From the NCBI GenBank assembly GCA_964366355.1, contig CAYITO010000001.1, positions 2,459 through 66,458 on the forward strand: a stretch of DNA of 64,000 bases, in the 5' to 3' direction. The notes below the pieces were generated by a model that was given only the letters and a program-made list of their open reading frames with translations, was not told the origin of the DNA and searched no databases. Each line of letters opens with the position of its first letter. The stretch's first letter is position 1. The position numbers and the translations under genes are program-made. This document shows positions 28,564-38,386 of this stretch, piece after piece. Source of the stretch: an uncultured archaeon (lineage in GTDB: Archaea > Aenigmatarchaeota > Aenigmatarchaeia > CG10238-14 > SCSR01).

Positions 28564-29982
28564 TTATTTTAATTTCCTCCACTTTACTCCTTCTTTCATG
28601 TCCTCGATAACTATCCCAAACTCTTCCTTCAACCTATTTCTTATCTTATCCGCCATCTTGTAGTCACCTTTCATTCTAGCCTCCTCCCTTTCAGAAATCA
28701 ACCTCTCAGCCTCTCTCGATAATTTCTCCTCTTTCAGGGCATCCTTCAAATCCAAACCAAGCACTCTATCCAACTCCAAAACTGTTTTAATTACATTCTT
28801 TGCATCAGTCTCGCTAATGGCGTCAGAATTCACCAGCCGGTTTATCCGATTCATAAATTTGAACAATGAAGCCAAAGCATCGTTTATGTTAAGGTTATTA
28901 TCCATAGCGTCATTGAACTCCTTTAAGACCTCAACTATCAGCCTCTTTACGTCTGGATTGTTTTTTTTACCTTTGACATACTTCAAACTCTTCATGAAAT
29001 TGAACAAATTGTCAACAGTCTGCTTGGCTGCATCCAAAGAGCTGAAAGTAAAGTTGAGCTTTTGTTTGAAATTTGCCGACAATAACAAAAACCTGATAAC
29101 CTTTGGATCATACCCTTTGTCCAAAATATCTCTGAGTGTGTAAAAATTCCCCAGAGACTTGCTCATCTTCTGCCCGTCCACAAGCAGATGCTCGCCGTGC
29201 AACCAATAGTCGACAAATTTCTTTCCTGTTGCCGCTTCACTCTGTGCAATCTCATTTTCATGATGCGGGAACATCAAATCAACACCGCCTGTGTGAATGT
29301 CAAATGTCCTTCCCAAATATTTCATGCTCATGGCACTGCATTCTATGTGCCATCCAGGCCTCCCTTTCCCGATTTTTGCATTCCAGAATACGTCACCATC
29401 CTCCTCATCCCAGAATTTCCATAATGCGAAATCTTGCGCTTCCTCCTTGGTATACAAGTCGCTTCTAACTCTCGCGCCAGCCTTCAATCCCTTTAATTTT
29501 ACTTTTGAAAGCTTGCCGTAACTTTTGAATTTAGAAATGTCAAAATAGATTCCGTCAGTAGATTTGTATGCAACTCCCTTCTTGCGTAGAGTTTCTATCA
29601 AGCCTGTCATTTCCTTTATGTGTTCTGTGGCTTTTGGGAAGATATCTGCAGGCAGGATGTTCAGGGATTTCATATCATCAAAAAACGCTTTGGTGTACCT
29701 TTGAGTGAAATCTTTCAATTTGATTCCCTCTTTTCTCGCGCCTTTGATTGTCTTGTCATCGACATCTGTAAGATTCATCACATGCTTTACTTTGAATCCC
29801 CTGTACAGCAGCCATCTTTTAAGCATGTCCTGCCAGACGTAAGTTCTGAAATTCCCGAGATGCGCAAAATCATAGACAGTAGGACCACAGGTATACAACC
29901 CGACTTTTCTATCCTTCAAGGGTTTGAAGACTTCTTTTTTTCTATCCAATGTGTTGAAAATTTTTAGTGTAATATTAACCAT
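28564..29982 (-). CDS. cysS: Cysteinyl-tRNA synthetase
   Basis: ..LYTCGPTVYDFAHLGNFRTY.. (HIGH region), ..KMSKSLGN.., and Zn-binding Cys residues. Confidence 0.9.
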   Translation of the reverse strand: MVNITLKIFNTLDRKKEVFKPLKDRKVGLYTCGPTVYDFAHLGNFRTYVWQDMLKRWLLYRGFKVKHVMNLTDVDDKTIKGARKEGIKLKDFTQRYTKAFFDDMKSLNILPADIFPKATEHIKEMTGLIETLRKKGVAYKSTDGIYFDISKFKSYGKLSKVKLKGLKAGARVRSDLYTKEEAQDFALWKFWDEEDGDVFWNAKIGKGRPGWHIECSAMSMKYLGRTFDIHTGGVDLMFPHHENEIAQSEAATGKKFVDYWLHGEHLLVDGQKMSKSLGNFYTLRDILDKGYDPKVIRFLLLSANFKQKLNFTFSSLDAAKQTVDNLFNFMKSLKYVKGKKNNPDVKRLIVEVLKEFNDAMDNNLNINDALASLFKFMNRINRLVNSDAISETDAKNVIKTVLELDRVLGLDLKDALKEEKLSREAERLISEREEARMKGDYKMADKIRNRLKEEFGIVIEDMKEGVKWRKLK

Positions 29983-30011
29983 AAATAATTTCTAATCGAA
30001 AACTAATAACT

Positions 30012-31670
30012 TTATAGCAAAAATGCAACAGACAACCCAGCAAATACGATCAAAAATGAAATGACAATTCCAAGCGCTCTTGCGTAACTTCTTATTTCCT
30101 TGCCTTCGACGTATATCTTGTTAAGCTCTATCCAATGCGATAAACCCCTTAAGAACCACCCGTCTACAGTACAGCTCTTTCCGATCAACTTGTTTGTTTT
30201 TGTAAGTGCGAAAATCAAATTCCCAAAAAGCGGTATGAAATTTTCATAATTCAAATATATTATGCCGGTTTTATCTTCGAACATCATGTCTTCTGAAAAT
30301 ATGTAACCTGGTACCCCCTTCCCAACAATCTTACCTCTAAACTTAATCGGTCTGCCTTTTATACTAGAAGTGTATATGTCATCCATTATGTCGGCTATGT
30401 CAGTATCTTCGAATTTATTCCGTGTCGAATAAGTATAAAGAGTTCTTAATAAAGTCCCTGCGCCGAAAGATGCTAACAATGATCCAATAAAGAACGGTAA
30501 TTGTTCCGTATAACCGCTTAAAGTATTGGGGGTAAAGAAGTTTGATACAAGCAAGCCACCAACTGCTAAAGGTATGGTCACAGGGAGAAGATGGAAAAAT
30601 ACATCTATGAAGAAGTTTCTATACAATTTCCTTTTATCGACTTGATATTTCGTTAAGAGATTGTTAAAATCGAATAATGGTTTCACTCCAATTTTTACAG
30701 CAAAGTTCGACAATCTTCTTATTCTTTTTCCAGTCAAAGGATGCGTTGAGCTCAATTCCGAAATCCAGCCCCATGGGTTATGCATATCAAAAAGTATAGC
30801 CCCTTCTACAGGAGCCCAGCTTTTCATTTTTACCGAATTCAGATAAACAAGACCCATAGTCTTTGCCATCTTGAAATCGAATATACCTAAACTTCTGGTC
30901 GACTTGAGGAACCTAATTTCCTTTTCACTTCTTTCAGGATTTTTTATTATACCATAGGATATTTTTATAAGTGCATTTGATAACAGATTGGGATTTTTTG
31001 TAACTTCTGCTGAAAATTCATCTGCATAATATTCTCTTGTCCTATTCAGCAACAAAACTATGTATGTGCCTATAATGTAGAAAATATACGAAATTGCTGC
31101 AACTGCGAGAAATATAGCTCCACCACCTTTTCTCCTACCACCACCTCTTGTTATTACATATACCTCAAATAATAGTTGAACTATGACAGAAGCCATTGTC
31201 ATTATGATAAAATCAAGATGAACTATATGACCTATCTCATGGGCAAGTACAGATTTGATTTCGTCTGATTTCAAGTAAGTAAATAATCCCTCAGTAAAGA
31301 CTATTCTTGAATTGAAAGGCGCACTACCATAAGCAAATGCTGTTGGATTATCGTCTTTAATTATTCCTATCTTCGGGACTTTTATTTTCTTAGAGTTACA
31401 AACACTTTCTACAAAAGAAGCTATGTTAGGATCTCTCTTTTTCAAACCTTCTATACCAATCCATTCCACATGATAAAAAAACCTATAGATCCAGTCTGCT
31501 ATGTATGGTGAAAGTAGCCATATGAAAAAATTTACTGCTAGAGTTAAGATAATTAAGAAATACCATTCGAAGAAGCCCAAAAGGTAGGCTGTTGTGGCAA
31601 GAACTGTGAAAAGCATGCCAAATAAAAGGCTAAGTATAAGTACAGAAGCTAAAATCAAATTAATGTTCAA
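30012..31670 (-). CDS. M48-family (HtpX-like) membrane metalloprotease with ~200-aa C-terminal extension
   Basis: ..SVLAHEIGHIVHLD.. HExxH, ..EYYADEFSA.., and multiple TM helices. Confidence 0.7.
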   Translation of the reverse strand: MNINLILASVLILSLLFGMLFTVLATTAYLLGFFEWYFLIILTLAVNFFIWLLSPYIADWIYRFFYHVEWIGIEGLKKRDPNIASFVESVCNSKKIKVPKIGIIKDDNPTAFAYGSAPFNSRIVFTEGLFTYLKSDEIKSVLAHEIGHIVHLDFIIMTMASVIVQLLFEVYVITRGGGRRKGGGAIFLAVAAISYIFYIIGTYIVLLLNRTREYYADEFSAEVTKNPNLLSNALIKISYGIIKNPERSEKEIRFLKSTRSLGIFDFKMAKTMGLVYLNSVKMKSWAPVEGAILFDMHNPWGWISELSSTHPLTGKRIRRLSNFAVKIGVKPLFDFNNLLTKYQVDKRKLYRNFFIDVFFHLLPVTIPLAVGGLLVSNFFTPNTLSGYTEQLPFFIGSLLASFGAGTLLRTLYTYSTRNKFEDTDIADIMDDIYTSSIKGRPIKFRGKIVGKGVPGYIFSEDMMFEDKTGIIYLNYENFIPLFGNLIFALTKTNKLIGKSCTVDGWFLRGLSHWIELNKIYVEGKEIRSYARALGIVISFLIVFAGLSVAFLL

Positions 31671-31732
31671 TTAATTCACTTAAATATGATATTATTTTAA
31701 ACCTAATTAATATTCTCTTAAAAGAGCTTAAA

Positions 31733-32839
31733 TTAGCAGCACCATTTTCTTATCAAATCTGTATAAAGTTTAGTGGTTTTTTTGATACTTGAAATTTTTA
31801 CAAACTCGTCATTGACGTGCGCCTGACCCTTTTCTATAGGACCGCATGCAACGCATTCCATACTCAACTCCCTTATGTACAATTCCATTTCCGTATATCC
31901 TGATTTTGAACCCACTTTTAGTTTACCATCGATACTCTTCAAAACTTCAACTAGCTTGGAATCTTTAGCTGTTTTAACAGCAAGTCTTGGTTCATTCAAA
32001 AATTTAACTTCTGCACTTATGCTCTGTTTTCTTAACAAATTTTTGAACTGATTCAATGCAGAATTAGGAGTTTCACCCCACGTAAGCCTTCTATCAACCT
32101 CAACCTCACATTTGTCTGCAACTATGTTCACCTTCGTCCCACCAGAAATCTTACCGACATTTATCGTTCCATACCCAAGCGTGACATCTTTGTGTTTTTT
32201 CAAATTACTTTGAATTGCTTCCAAGCTACTTACAAATTTCGTAGCTTTCGTAATTGCATTAACTCCTTTTTCTGGTTCAGAGCCATGCGCAGCCTTGCCA
32301 TGAAAGACAAATTTAACATGCAATATTCCCTTTTGTCCAACAGCAATATCATAATCACTGTCTGCAATCAAACCATATTTGACATCTTTGAAAATTTTCC
32401 CCCTATTTTTAATCAGGTATTTGCTACCACCTTGGGCTACTTCCTCATCCCCGACCAACGCGATTAATAACTTTCTTTTGAAATTTCGTTTCACATTATT
32501 CTTCAAAGCTGTTAAGATAGCTGCAACACCACTTTTACTATCGCTCGCACCTCTACCATAAATTTTATCCCCAACAATCTTCGCAGAAAATGGATCGTAT
32601 TTCCATGCTTTCAAATCACCCACAGGAACAGTATCGATATGCGTATTAAACATCAACCCATTACCCTTACCTACCGATGCAACTACACTATATCTATTAC
32701 TTCCAAATTCAACCAATCTTGTGTCAATTCTCAAACCATCCAAATAATCAAAAATATATTTTGCTACCTGCTTTTCGTTTCCTGGTGGATTTTGTGAATC
32801 TATCCTAACCAATTCTTGTGTCAATTGTACTTCTTCCAA
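31733..32839 (-). CDS. M20 family metallopeptidase (ArgE/DapE-like deacylase)
   Basis: ..MFNTHIDTVP.. and ..GRGASDSKSG.. metal-binding motifs, ..GHGSEPEKG.. Confidence 0.8.
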   Translation of the reverse strand: MEEVQLTQELVRIDSQNPPGNEKQVAKYIFDYLDGLRIDTRLVEFGSNRYSVVASVGKGNGLMFNTHIDTVPVGDLKAWKYDPFSAKIVGDKIYGRGASDSKSGVAAILTALKNNVKRNFKRKLLIALVGDEEVAQGGSKYLIKNRGKIFKDVKYGLIADSDYDIAVGQKGILHVKFVFHGKAAHGSEPEKGVNAITKATKFVSSLEAIQSNLKKHKDVTLGYGTINVGKISGGTKVNIVADKCEVEVDRRLTWGETPNSALNQFKNLLRKQSISAEVKFLNEPRLAVKTAKDSKLVEVLKSIDGKLKVGSKSGYTEMELYIRELSMECVACGPIEKGQAHVNDEFVKISSIKKTTKLYTDLIRKWCC

Positions 32840-32855
32840 TGAAACACCTTAAAAA

Positions 32856-33101
32856 TTATTCTAGAGATTTTAAGAATTCCTCTTTACTGATTCTTGCTTG
32901 TTCTAAAATTCCCAATAGAGTGCCTAGCGTCACTTCTTTATGCAGAGGGATAACGGTTGCTATTTTCTCCCTTCCAATAAACTTCCTTAGGACAACATGA
33001 CTTCCTGTCTGTCTGGCAGCTTTGAAGCCGAATTCCTTCACCAAAATTTTTATTATTTTAATGCCAGAAAGCCTAGGCAATTTCGACACTAACCGCACCA
33101 A
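32856..33101 (-). CDS. hicA: HicA-family mRNA interferase toxin
   Basis: ..ILVKEFGFKAARQTGSHVVLRK..TVIPLHKEVTLGTLLGILEQARI.., the YcfA/HicA pattern. Confidence 0.7.
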   Translation of the reverse strand: MVRLVSKLPRLSGIKIIKILVKEFGFKAARQTGSHVVLRKFIGREKIATVIPLHKEVTLGTLLGILEQARISKEEFLKSLE

Positions 33102-33282
33102 TTGTTTCCATACTTTTAAGCTCTTTTTTCATTTCCGGCATTTCTTCTAGATAGAGCTCTACTGCTTCTTTTATGTTATTTATTGCATCTTCAATAGTTT
33201 TGCCTTGAGTGGTAACACCAGTAACCGCTTCCTTGATTACATACATATCATCTTCTCTCCACACGACAGTTTGCAACTTCAT
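33073..33282 (-). CDS. hicB: HicB-family antitoxin (UPF0150)
   Basis: 69 aa, ..YVIKEAVTGVTTQGKTIEDAINNIKEAVELYLEE.. Overlaps the hicA start. Confidence 0.65.
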   Translation of the reverse strand: MKLQTVVWREDDMYVIKEAVTGVTTQGKTIEDAINNIKEAVELYLEEMPEMKKELKSMETIGAVSVEIA

Positions 33283-33337
33283 ATTATCACTATCTATAGT
33301 TTCTTTTATAAGGCTATCTAAGTATTAATCTTTGCAG

Positions 33338-33826
33338 TTATAATTTTGGAATCCATCTTGGCACTTTCTTCTTATATTCTAAATATCGTTTCCCAAATCT
33401 TTTCTCCAAATTCCTTTCTTCCGACCTAACTACTGCAAAATGCACGGCTAGCATGAAGATTGGGATGATTATGAACATCGTTGATAAGTTTATGAAAACT
33501 GCAAATCCACTCATCATCAATAACCAGGAAAGATATATAGGATTTCTCGTGTACCGAAACGGACCTGTTGTGAGCAAGACTTTTGGCGGTTTCCATGGCA
33601 TGGGTGTGCCTTTGGCATCTAGAAATGATTTTACTGAATAAACATCTAGAAAAATTCCAACTAGAACTATAAAGAGCCCACCGAGATTTGTCGGATAGCT
33701 AAAAATTCCTGGCAAAGGCAGGTAGGCAACCAAAGAGACAGCAAGATAGTAGGGCAAGAGGAAAATTAGAAATAATATAAAAGTTGGGCGCAAAAGGAAC
33801 AGTTCGATGCTTGTAGGTATTTTCAT
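33338..33826 (-). CDS. Isoprenylcysteine carboxyl methyltransferase family (ICMT/PEMT-like) membrane methyltransferase
   Basis: ..LLTTGPFRYTRNPIYLSWLLMMSG..AVVRSEERNLEKRFGKRYLEYKKKVPRWIP.. C-terminal ICMT signature. Confidence 0.7.
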   Translation of the reverse strand: MKIPTSIELFLLRPTFILFLIFLLPYYLAVSLVAYLPLPGIFSYPTNLGGLFIVLVGIFLDVYSVKSFLDAKGTPMPWKPPKVLLTTGPFRYTRNPIYLSWLLMMSGFAVFINLSTMFIIIPIFMLAVHFAVVRSEERNLEKRFGKRYLEYKKKVPRWIPKL

Positions 33827-33858
33827 TCGATCACAAGTTAAGAGCTCTAATGTAATTA

Positions 33859-34137
33859 TTACAATCTAAAAATCTTCTCTATTATATTCTTACTACCCTT
33901 GTACTTTTGATAGAATTTCAATGCTGCCTCATACAATTTATAATTCCCATAAGGAAGCAGTTCCCATGCAAAGGACTCAAATTTCTTCTCCCAAAGCAGC
34001 TTGAAAATCAGGTAATCCTTTTTTATTTCACCGAATTTCCTTGCTTCATCTATATTCTCAAACATTTTAGAAAATATCCTCTTAGCATTCTTTGTTATCC
34101 ACACTACTTTTATAGTTCCTTTTTCTATAGCAGCCAT
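33859..34137 (-). CDS. Hypothetical protein
   Basis: 92-aa ORF. Confidence 0.35.
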   Translation of the reverse strand: MAAIEKGTIKVVWITKNAKRIFSKMFENIDEARKFGEIKKDYLIFKLLWEKKFESFAWELLPYGNYKLYEAALKFYQKYKGSKNIIEKIFRL

Positions 34138-34152
34138 TCTATCACAAATCAG

Positions 34153-34223
34153 AGCTCGGGAGGGGAATCGAACCCCCTTGCGCCGCTCTGCAGGCGGCTA
34201 CATATCCAATCTGCCACCCGAGC
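34153..34223 (-). tRNA. tRNA-Cys (anticodon GCA)
   Basis: Reverse complement is GCTCGGG-TG-GCAGATTGGATATGT-A-GCCGC-CTGCAGA-GCGGC-GCAA-GGGGGTTCGATTCCCCT-CCCGAGC-T. It folds with a 7-bp acceptor stem, a 5-bp anticodon stem, a U-GCA-GA loop, a GGGGG/CCCCT T-stem with TTCGATT loop, and discriminator U. CCA is not encoded. Confidence 0.8.
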
Positions 34224-34253
34224 ATAATTAACTATTGTCTTTAGAATGCCTTT

Positions 34254-35645
34254 TTATTTAACTTTTGTTACTAATCCAGCAGTCGCATCAATCTCTATCC
34301 TATCCCCATCTTTTAGAACCTTCGTGGCATTCTTAGTGCCCACTATGCATGGTATTCTCAACTCCCTAGAAACGATTGCAGCATGGCTGGTAATCCCCCC
34401 TTCATCGGTGACAATCGCAGCCGCCTTGTGCATTGCTATCACATAATCGGGATGAGTCATGACAGCCACAATGATATCACCCTTGTTTACCTTTGCCAAG
34501 TCTGAAACACCTCTGACAATCTTTACGATGCCTGACGCTTTACCGCGGGATGCGGAAATCCCCTTTATTTCTTCCGAAAGTTCATCAACTGACGTCAAAC
34601 CCAATTCTTCTAAAGTCTCTTGCAGCCCATTGCCACTTTTGCAAACAAGCTTCTTCTCTGCGTTAAAGTAAATGGCAAATCCTCTTTCCCTTTCTTCTAC
34701 GACACTTTTAGAAACACCCTTTCCACTATCCAGAAAATCTACAATTTCATCCTCCATCATGTAAGAAACGTCCTCCATTTTTACCGACATTCTCCTGGCA
34801 ATCTCCTCAAACAACTTTTGGCCATAGAATATACCCTGTCTTCTGAAATCGTCCTTCAAATCTTTCAGATAGGATAGTCGCTTTGCGATGTCAAGTATTT
34901 TCATCTCTTCATCTGAAGGTCTGATGCTTTCAATCAAATCACCATAAGATGTCGATGCAACATTTTCGGTTTTCTTGAACTCGCTTATGTGCGAGAAAAA
35001 TTTCTGCTTTGTCCACGGCATGTTGTGTATGTCCAAACAAGGCAGCCATTGGAATTTCTCGTATACCGCAGTTTTTTCATCCTCATTCATCCTTTCCCAT
35101 TTAGAAGCTAGGTCATTCAGTTGAACTGATGCAGCCTTCTTATCGGGTCTTAAAGCTATTTCGATGAGATCATGCAATTTCTCATTGTCTTCCCCGATTT
35201 TGTTTTCGATTATCTCCTTAGCTTTGTCTGAAAAGAAATTGTTTATGATAAACTGTATCCAGATGAACGGGCCGTATCTAATATTTTTGCTACTGTAGCC
35301 TAGATACATTTCTTTTAATTCTCTGTTGGTTTTATCCTTGAGGTTAGATTTTGCTATCTTCTCGGCTGTCAGCAGGTAGTCATTTCCAGTTTGGATGAAC
35401 ATTTTTTCGAATCCCTCATAGTTTTCGGGATTATCTAGGTACTTCTCTTTTAATCTGACAACAAATTCATTCCACTTCTCTTCATCTATGTAGCAAACCT
35501 CATTCCCGTGTTCCGGCACATAAATTTGCTCGTAAAAGGGGGCTGGGACAATGAAGCTGTTGATTGGAGTCAGGCACTTCAACGATAATTCTGTATATTG
35601 CACACCATATTCCCTTGCCAGTATTTTCTTCCAAGGCATTTTCAT
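34254..35645 (-). CDS. PEP-utilising enzyme mobile (phosphohistidine) domain protein, PEP synthase/PPDK-related
   Basis: C-terminus ..DEGGITSHAAIVSRELRIPCIVGTKNAT..GDRIEIDATAG.. is the swivelling phospho-His domain. The N-terminal 330 aa have no classic ATP-grasp motifs. Confidence 0.7.
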   Translation of the reverse strand: MKMPWKKILAREYGVQYTELSLKCLTPINSFIVPAPFYEQIYVPEHGNEVCYIDEEKWNEFVVRLKEKYLDNPENYEGFEKMFIQTGNDYLLTAEKIAKSNLKDKTNRELKEMYLGYSSKNIRYGPFIWIQFIINNFFSDKAKEIIENKIGEDNEKLHDLIEIALRPDKKAASVQLNDLASKWERMNEDEKTAVYEKFQWLPCLDIHNMPWTKQKFFSHISEFKKTENVASTSYGDLIESIRPSDEEMKILDIAKRLSYLKDLKDDFRRQGIFYGQKLFEEIARRMSVKMEDVSYMMEDEIVDFLDSGKGVSKSVVEERERGFAIYFNAEKKLVCKSGNGLQETLEELGLTSVDELSEEIKGISASRGKASGIVKIVRGVSDLAKVNKGDIIVAVMTHPDYVIAMHKAAAIVTDEGGITSHAAIVSRELRIPCIVGTKNATKVLKDGDRIEIDATAGLVTKVK

Positions 35646-36208
35646 TCCCTAAAGACATCGTCTTGTTTTAATCCAAGCTCTTTCCTTACAGACTTGATTC
35701 GCTTCACATATTCGTCGTAAATTTCCTTTGGCTTGTGCAAGATGTAAAACCCTTTTGCATTTTCGTATAGGGAGCAGTCAAAAACATCCGCATCCTTCAC
35801 TAACTCGACATAAGGCTTGTCGGTATAGATTTGTTTCTCGCTGTGGTGGGCTATAGATTCGGTAATGGTATTTATTTCTTCTTTGCTGAAGTCCCGAGAA
35901 TCTTCAAGGATTTTTCCAGTGATTTCGGCGCCTCTTTTCCCATGACCCTCGTACTTCCCCTCAACAATGACATAAATATCGTGCAGCAAACAAGCAATCT
36001 CTGCAATTTCAACATCCAAATTCCTTTTTTGGGCGAGTATCCTGCCTATTTGCAAGCAGCCAGAGGAATGCTTTAATTCCCAGACTATGGAGCTTTCGCG
36101 CTTTTCGTCAGGGATTTTGCTTTTGAGAAGCAATTCCACTACTTTTCTCTGTAATTTTTCAGACCTAGTCAGTTCATTTCCCTTGAAGTGGTGGAAGTCC
36201 TTTGTCAT
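35642..36208 (-). CDS. HD-domain phosphohydrolase
   Basis: ..LQIGRILAQ.. ..ACLLHDIYV.. H..HD motif spacing. Confidence 0.6.
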   Translation of the reverse strand: MTKDFHHFKGNELTRSEKLQRKVVELLLKSKIPDEKRESSIVWELKHSSGCLQIGRILAQKRNLDVEIAEIACLLHDIYVIVEGKYEGHGKRGAEITGKILEDSRDFSKEEINTITESIAHHSEKQIYTDKPYVELVKDADVFDCSLYENAKGFYILHKPKEIYDEYVKRIKSVRKELGLKQDDVFRE

Positions 36209-36229
36209 ACAAAATAACAGTTAAGAAAA

Positions 36230-36499
36230 CTATTTCTTCTTTGCTTCTTTCTTCAATCTCAACAGTTTTATCTTGAATCCGCATTTGTTGCATGTCAAGT
36301 TAAACTTCTGGTTGGCGCCAGTTCCAGTTACGAAGGGCTCGCCCCACCCCTCTTTTCTCTTTTCGCTATTATTACATTCGGGGCATGTTAAATCAACATT
36401 AGCTTCGCTTTCCTCTTTTAGTTTCAAAATTCTAATCTTGCCATTAGCCTTTCCAGAAGAATTTTCCAATCCTCTGGTCGTGATATACTCCAAAGCCAT
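36230..36499 (-). CDS. Small Zn-ribbon protein
   Basis: CPEC..CNKC pairs. 89 aa. Confidence 0.4.
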   Translation of the reverse strand: MALEYITTRGLENSSGKANGKIRILKLKEESEANVDLTCPECNNSEKRKEGWGEPFVTGTGANQKFNLTCNKCGFKIKLLRLKKEAKKK

Positions 36500-36503
36500 G
36501 TCA

Positions 36504-36674
36504 TCACAACGGTCTTTTCTTAGGTCTTAATGCCCTGCTGCCGCATTTCCTGCATTTGACTTTGGCTTCCTTAACCTTGGCAGAGTCAGCCCTTATCTTG
36601 CTCTTGCATACCCTGCAAACATAAACCCTGAGGAACAATCTTGCCAGCGCTTCAGGGAAAGTTTTCTTAACCAT
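36504..36674 (-). CDS. rpl40e: 50S ribosomal protein L40e (eL40); absent from ORF track because it is under 60 aa
   Basis: Manual translation gives MVKKTFPEALARLFLRVYVCRVCKSKIRADSAKVKEAKVKCRKCGSRALRPKKRPL, the eL40 pattern (C..C..C.KCG..LRPKK). Confidence 0.75.
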   Translation of the reverse strand: MVKKTFPEALARLFLRVYVCRVCKSKIRADSAKVKEAKVKCRKCGSRALRPKKRPL

Positions 36675-36950
36675 AACAAGAATTATCGATTATACCTTTT
36701 AAGTCTTTCAACGGCACAACTTCAATACAACATATTTATACTTGGTTTAATCTAAATACTAAACGAAAGCATAGTTTAGAAAAGGTAAGGTCATATGCCT
36801 GTACTATGTAAAAGATGCGGAGCAAATGTTCCCGCTCAAGAGCTAATAAGACATCTATGGATATACCATCGAGATCAATTCATGATTGTTGATGAGCCTG
36901 TTTAACTAGACAAACTTTAAATATTAATTTGCATATTTCTTTTCGGTATA

Positions 36951-37529
36951 ATGCTTAAACCAGAGATAAGAATACTAGGTTTTGATGACGGCCCTTTTGA
37001 TTCTAAAACAAAAACCACTCCTGTAGTTGGCGTTGTATATAGGGGAGGCAGGTTCTTGGACGGGATACTTAAAACAGACGTGGAGGTTGACGGACTGGAT
37101 TCTACGCAGAAACTGGAAAAGCTTATTAATTCCAGCAGGCATAAACAACAGTTAAAAGTAATCATGCTAGACGGCATTACGGTAGGCGGTTTTAACATAA
37201 TAGACATAAAACAGCTGCATGAGAACACAAACATCCCTGTGATAGTTTTCAACAGGAAATATCCGGACCTGAATTCTGTAAAAAATGCCTTGGACAATTT
37301 CGTCGATTCTGATTTGAGATGGAACCTGATTAAAAATGCTGGGAAAATAAAGGAATGCAAGCTTGGTGCCGACAAGACAATCTATTACCAGGCGATCGGA
37401 ATGGCGGACGAGGATGTTGAAGATACGCTGCTCTTGAGCTCTACGCACGGAGACATACCAGAACCCCTAAGGGTAGCTCATTTGATAGCGACAGCAATAG
37501 TAAGGGGAGAATCTTATGGACGCGCGTGA
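36951..37529 (+). CDS. UPF0215/DUF99 family protein
   Basis: ..RILGFDDGPF.. N-terminal signature of DUF99. Confidence 0.65.
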   Translation: MLKPEIRILGFDDGPFDSKTKTTPVVGVVYRGGRFLDGILKTDVEVDGLDSTQKLEKLINSSRHKQQLKVIMLDGITVGGFNIIDIKQLHENTNIPVIVFNRKYPDLNSVKNALDNFVDSDLRWNLIKNAGKIKECKLGADKTIYYQAIGMADEDVEDTLLLSSTHGDIPEPLRVAHLIATAIVRGESYGRA

Positions 37530-38049
37530 AACCTGGAAAAGGCTAAATGAAGGATGGATAGGAATTTTCTTCTCGATATTCTTGGGGGTAATCTTTGCGG
37601 CATTTTTCTATTATGTGGTTTTGGCATCTGTTTTGAATACAAGCTTGCCGGTGGTTGCAGTGGTTTCATCCTCGATGCAGCATGACAATGCCGAATTGAC
37701 GCATTACAGCGTGTTGCAGAGAGCCTACAGTTATTCAAGAGCTGAGATTGATTCATGGCCAGCGGCAGGCGGATTCGCTATAGGTGATATGCCTGTTGTT
37801 CAGGGTTCGGATAGCTACAAGATAGGCGATGTGATAGTGTATAGTGTAGAGAGCCAGCCAGCGCCGATAATCCACAGGATAATAAAAGTCAACGACGACG
37901 GGACCTTCCAGACAAAGGGGGACAACAACCTCAGCCAGTTGCCGTACGAATCCTCGGTCAGCAAGAGCCAAATAAGCGGCAAAGTAATCTTTATAATTCC
38001 CAAACTCGGATATGTAAAGGTATTAGCTTCCAAAATCTTCGGTATTTGA
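37516..38049 (+). CDS. Signal peptidase I, archaeal/eukaryotic type (S26B, Sec11-like)
   Basis: TM anchor, ..VVSSSMQ.. (catalytic Ser box), ..GDVIVY.., ..IIHRIIKVNDDGTFQTKGDNN.. (His box). Confidence 0.75.
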   Translation: MDARETWKRLNEGWIGIFFSIFLGVIFAAFFYYVVLASVLNTSLPVVAVVSSSMQHDNAELTHYSVLQRAYSYSRAEIDSWPAAGGFAIGDMPVVQGSDSYKIGDVIVYSVESQPAPIIHRIIKVNDDGTFQTKGDNNLSQLPYESSVSKSQISGKVIFIIPKLGYVKVLASKIFGI

Positions 38050-38050
38050 T

Positions 38051-38383
38051 ATGATTAAGTTCTGCGCAAAATGCGGCAATCTTCTGGTAATTGAGAGGAA
38101 AGGCAAGAGGACATTTTTGATCTGCAAGAAAGGGCACAAGCAGACAAAATTAAAGCGCGAAAAAATTGTGATATCGGAGCATATTGCAGACCAGAAGAGG
38201 GGAATAGTTGTCATGGGCAAGGACGAGGGTATAGCAGAATTGCCGACGACAAAGATAATGTGTCCTAAGTGCGAGCACATGGAAGCTCATTGGTGGATGC
38301 AGCAGACAAGAACTGCTGATGAGCCGCCGACATTGTTCTACAGATGCAAGAAATGCGGTTACAGCTGGAGAAGTTACGGTTAA
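38051..38383 (+). CDS. tfs: Transcription factor S / RNAP subunit M (TFIIS-type Zn ribbon)
   Basis: N-terminal CAKCGN Zn ribbon. C-terminal ..CPKCEH..QTRTADEPPTLFYRCKKCGYSWR.. TFIIS acidic hairpin. Confidence 0.85.
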   Translation: MIKFCAKCGNLLVIERKGKRTFLICKKGHKQTKLKREKIVISEHIADQKRGIVVMGKDEGIAELPTTKIMCPKCEHMEAHWWMQQTRTADEPPTLFYRCKKCGYSWRSYG

Positions 38384-38386
38384 ATT

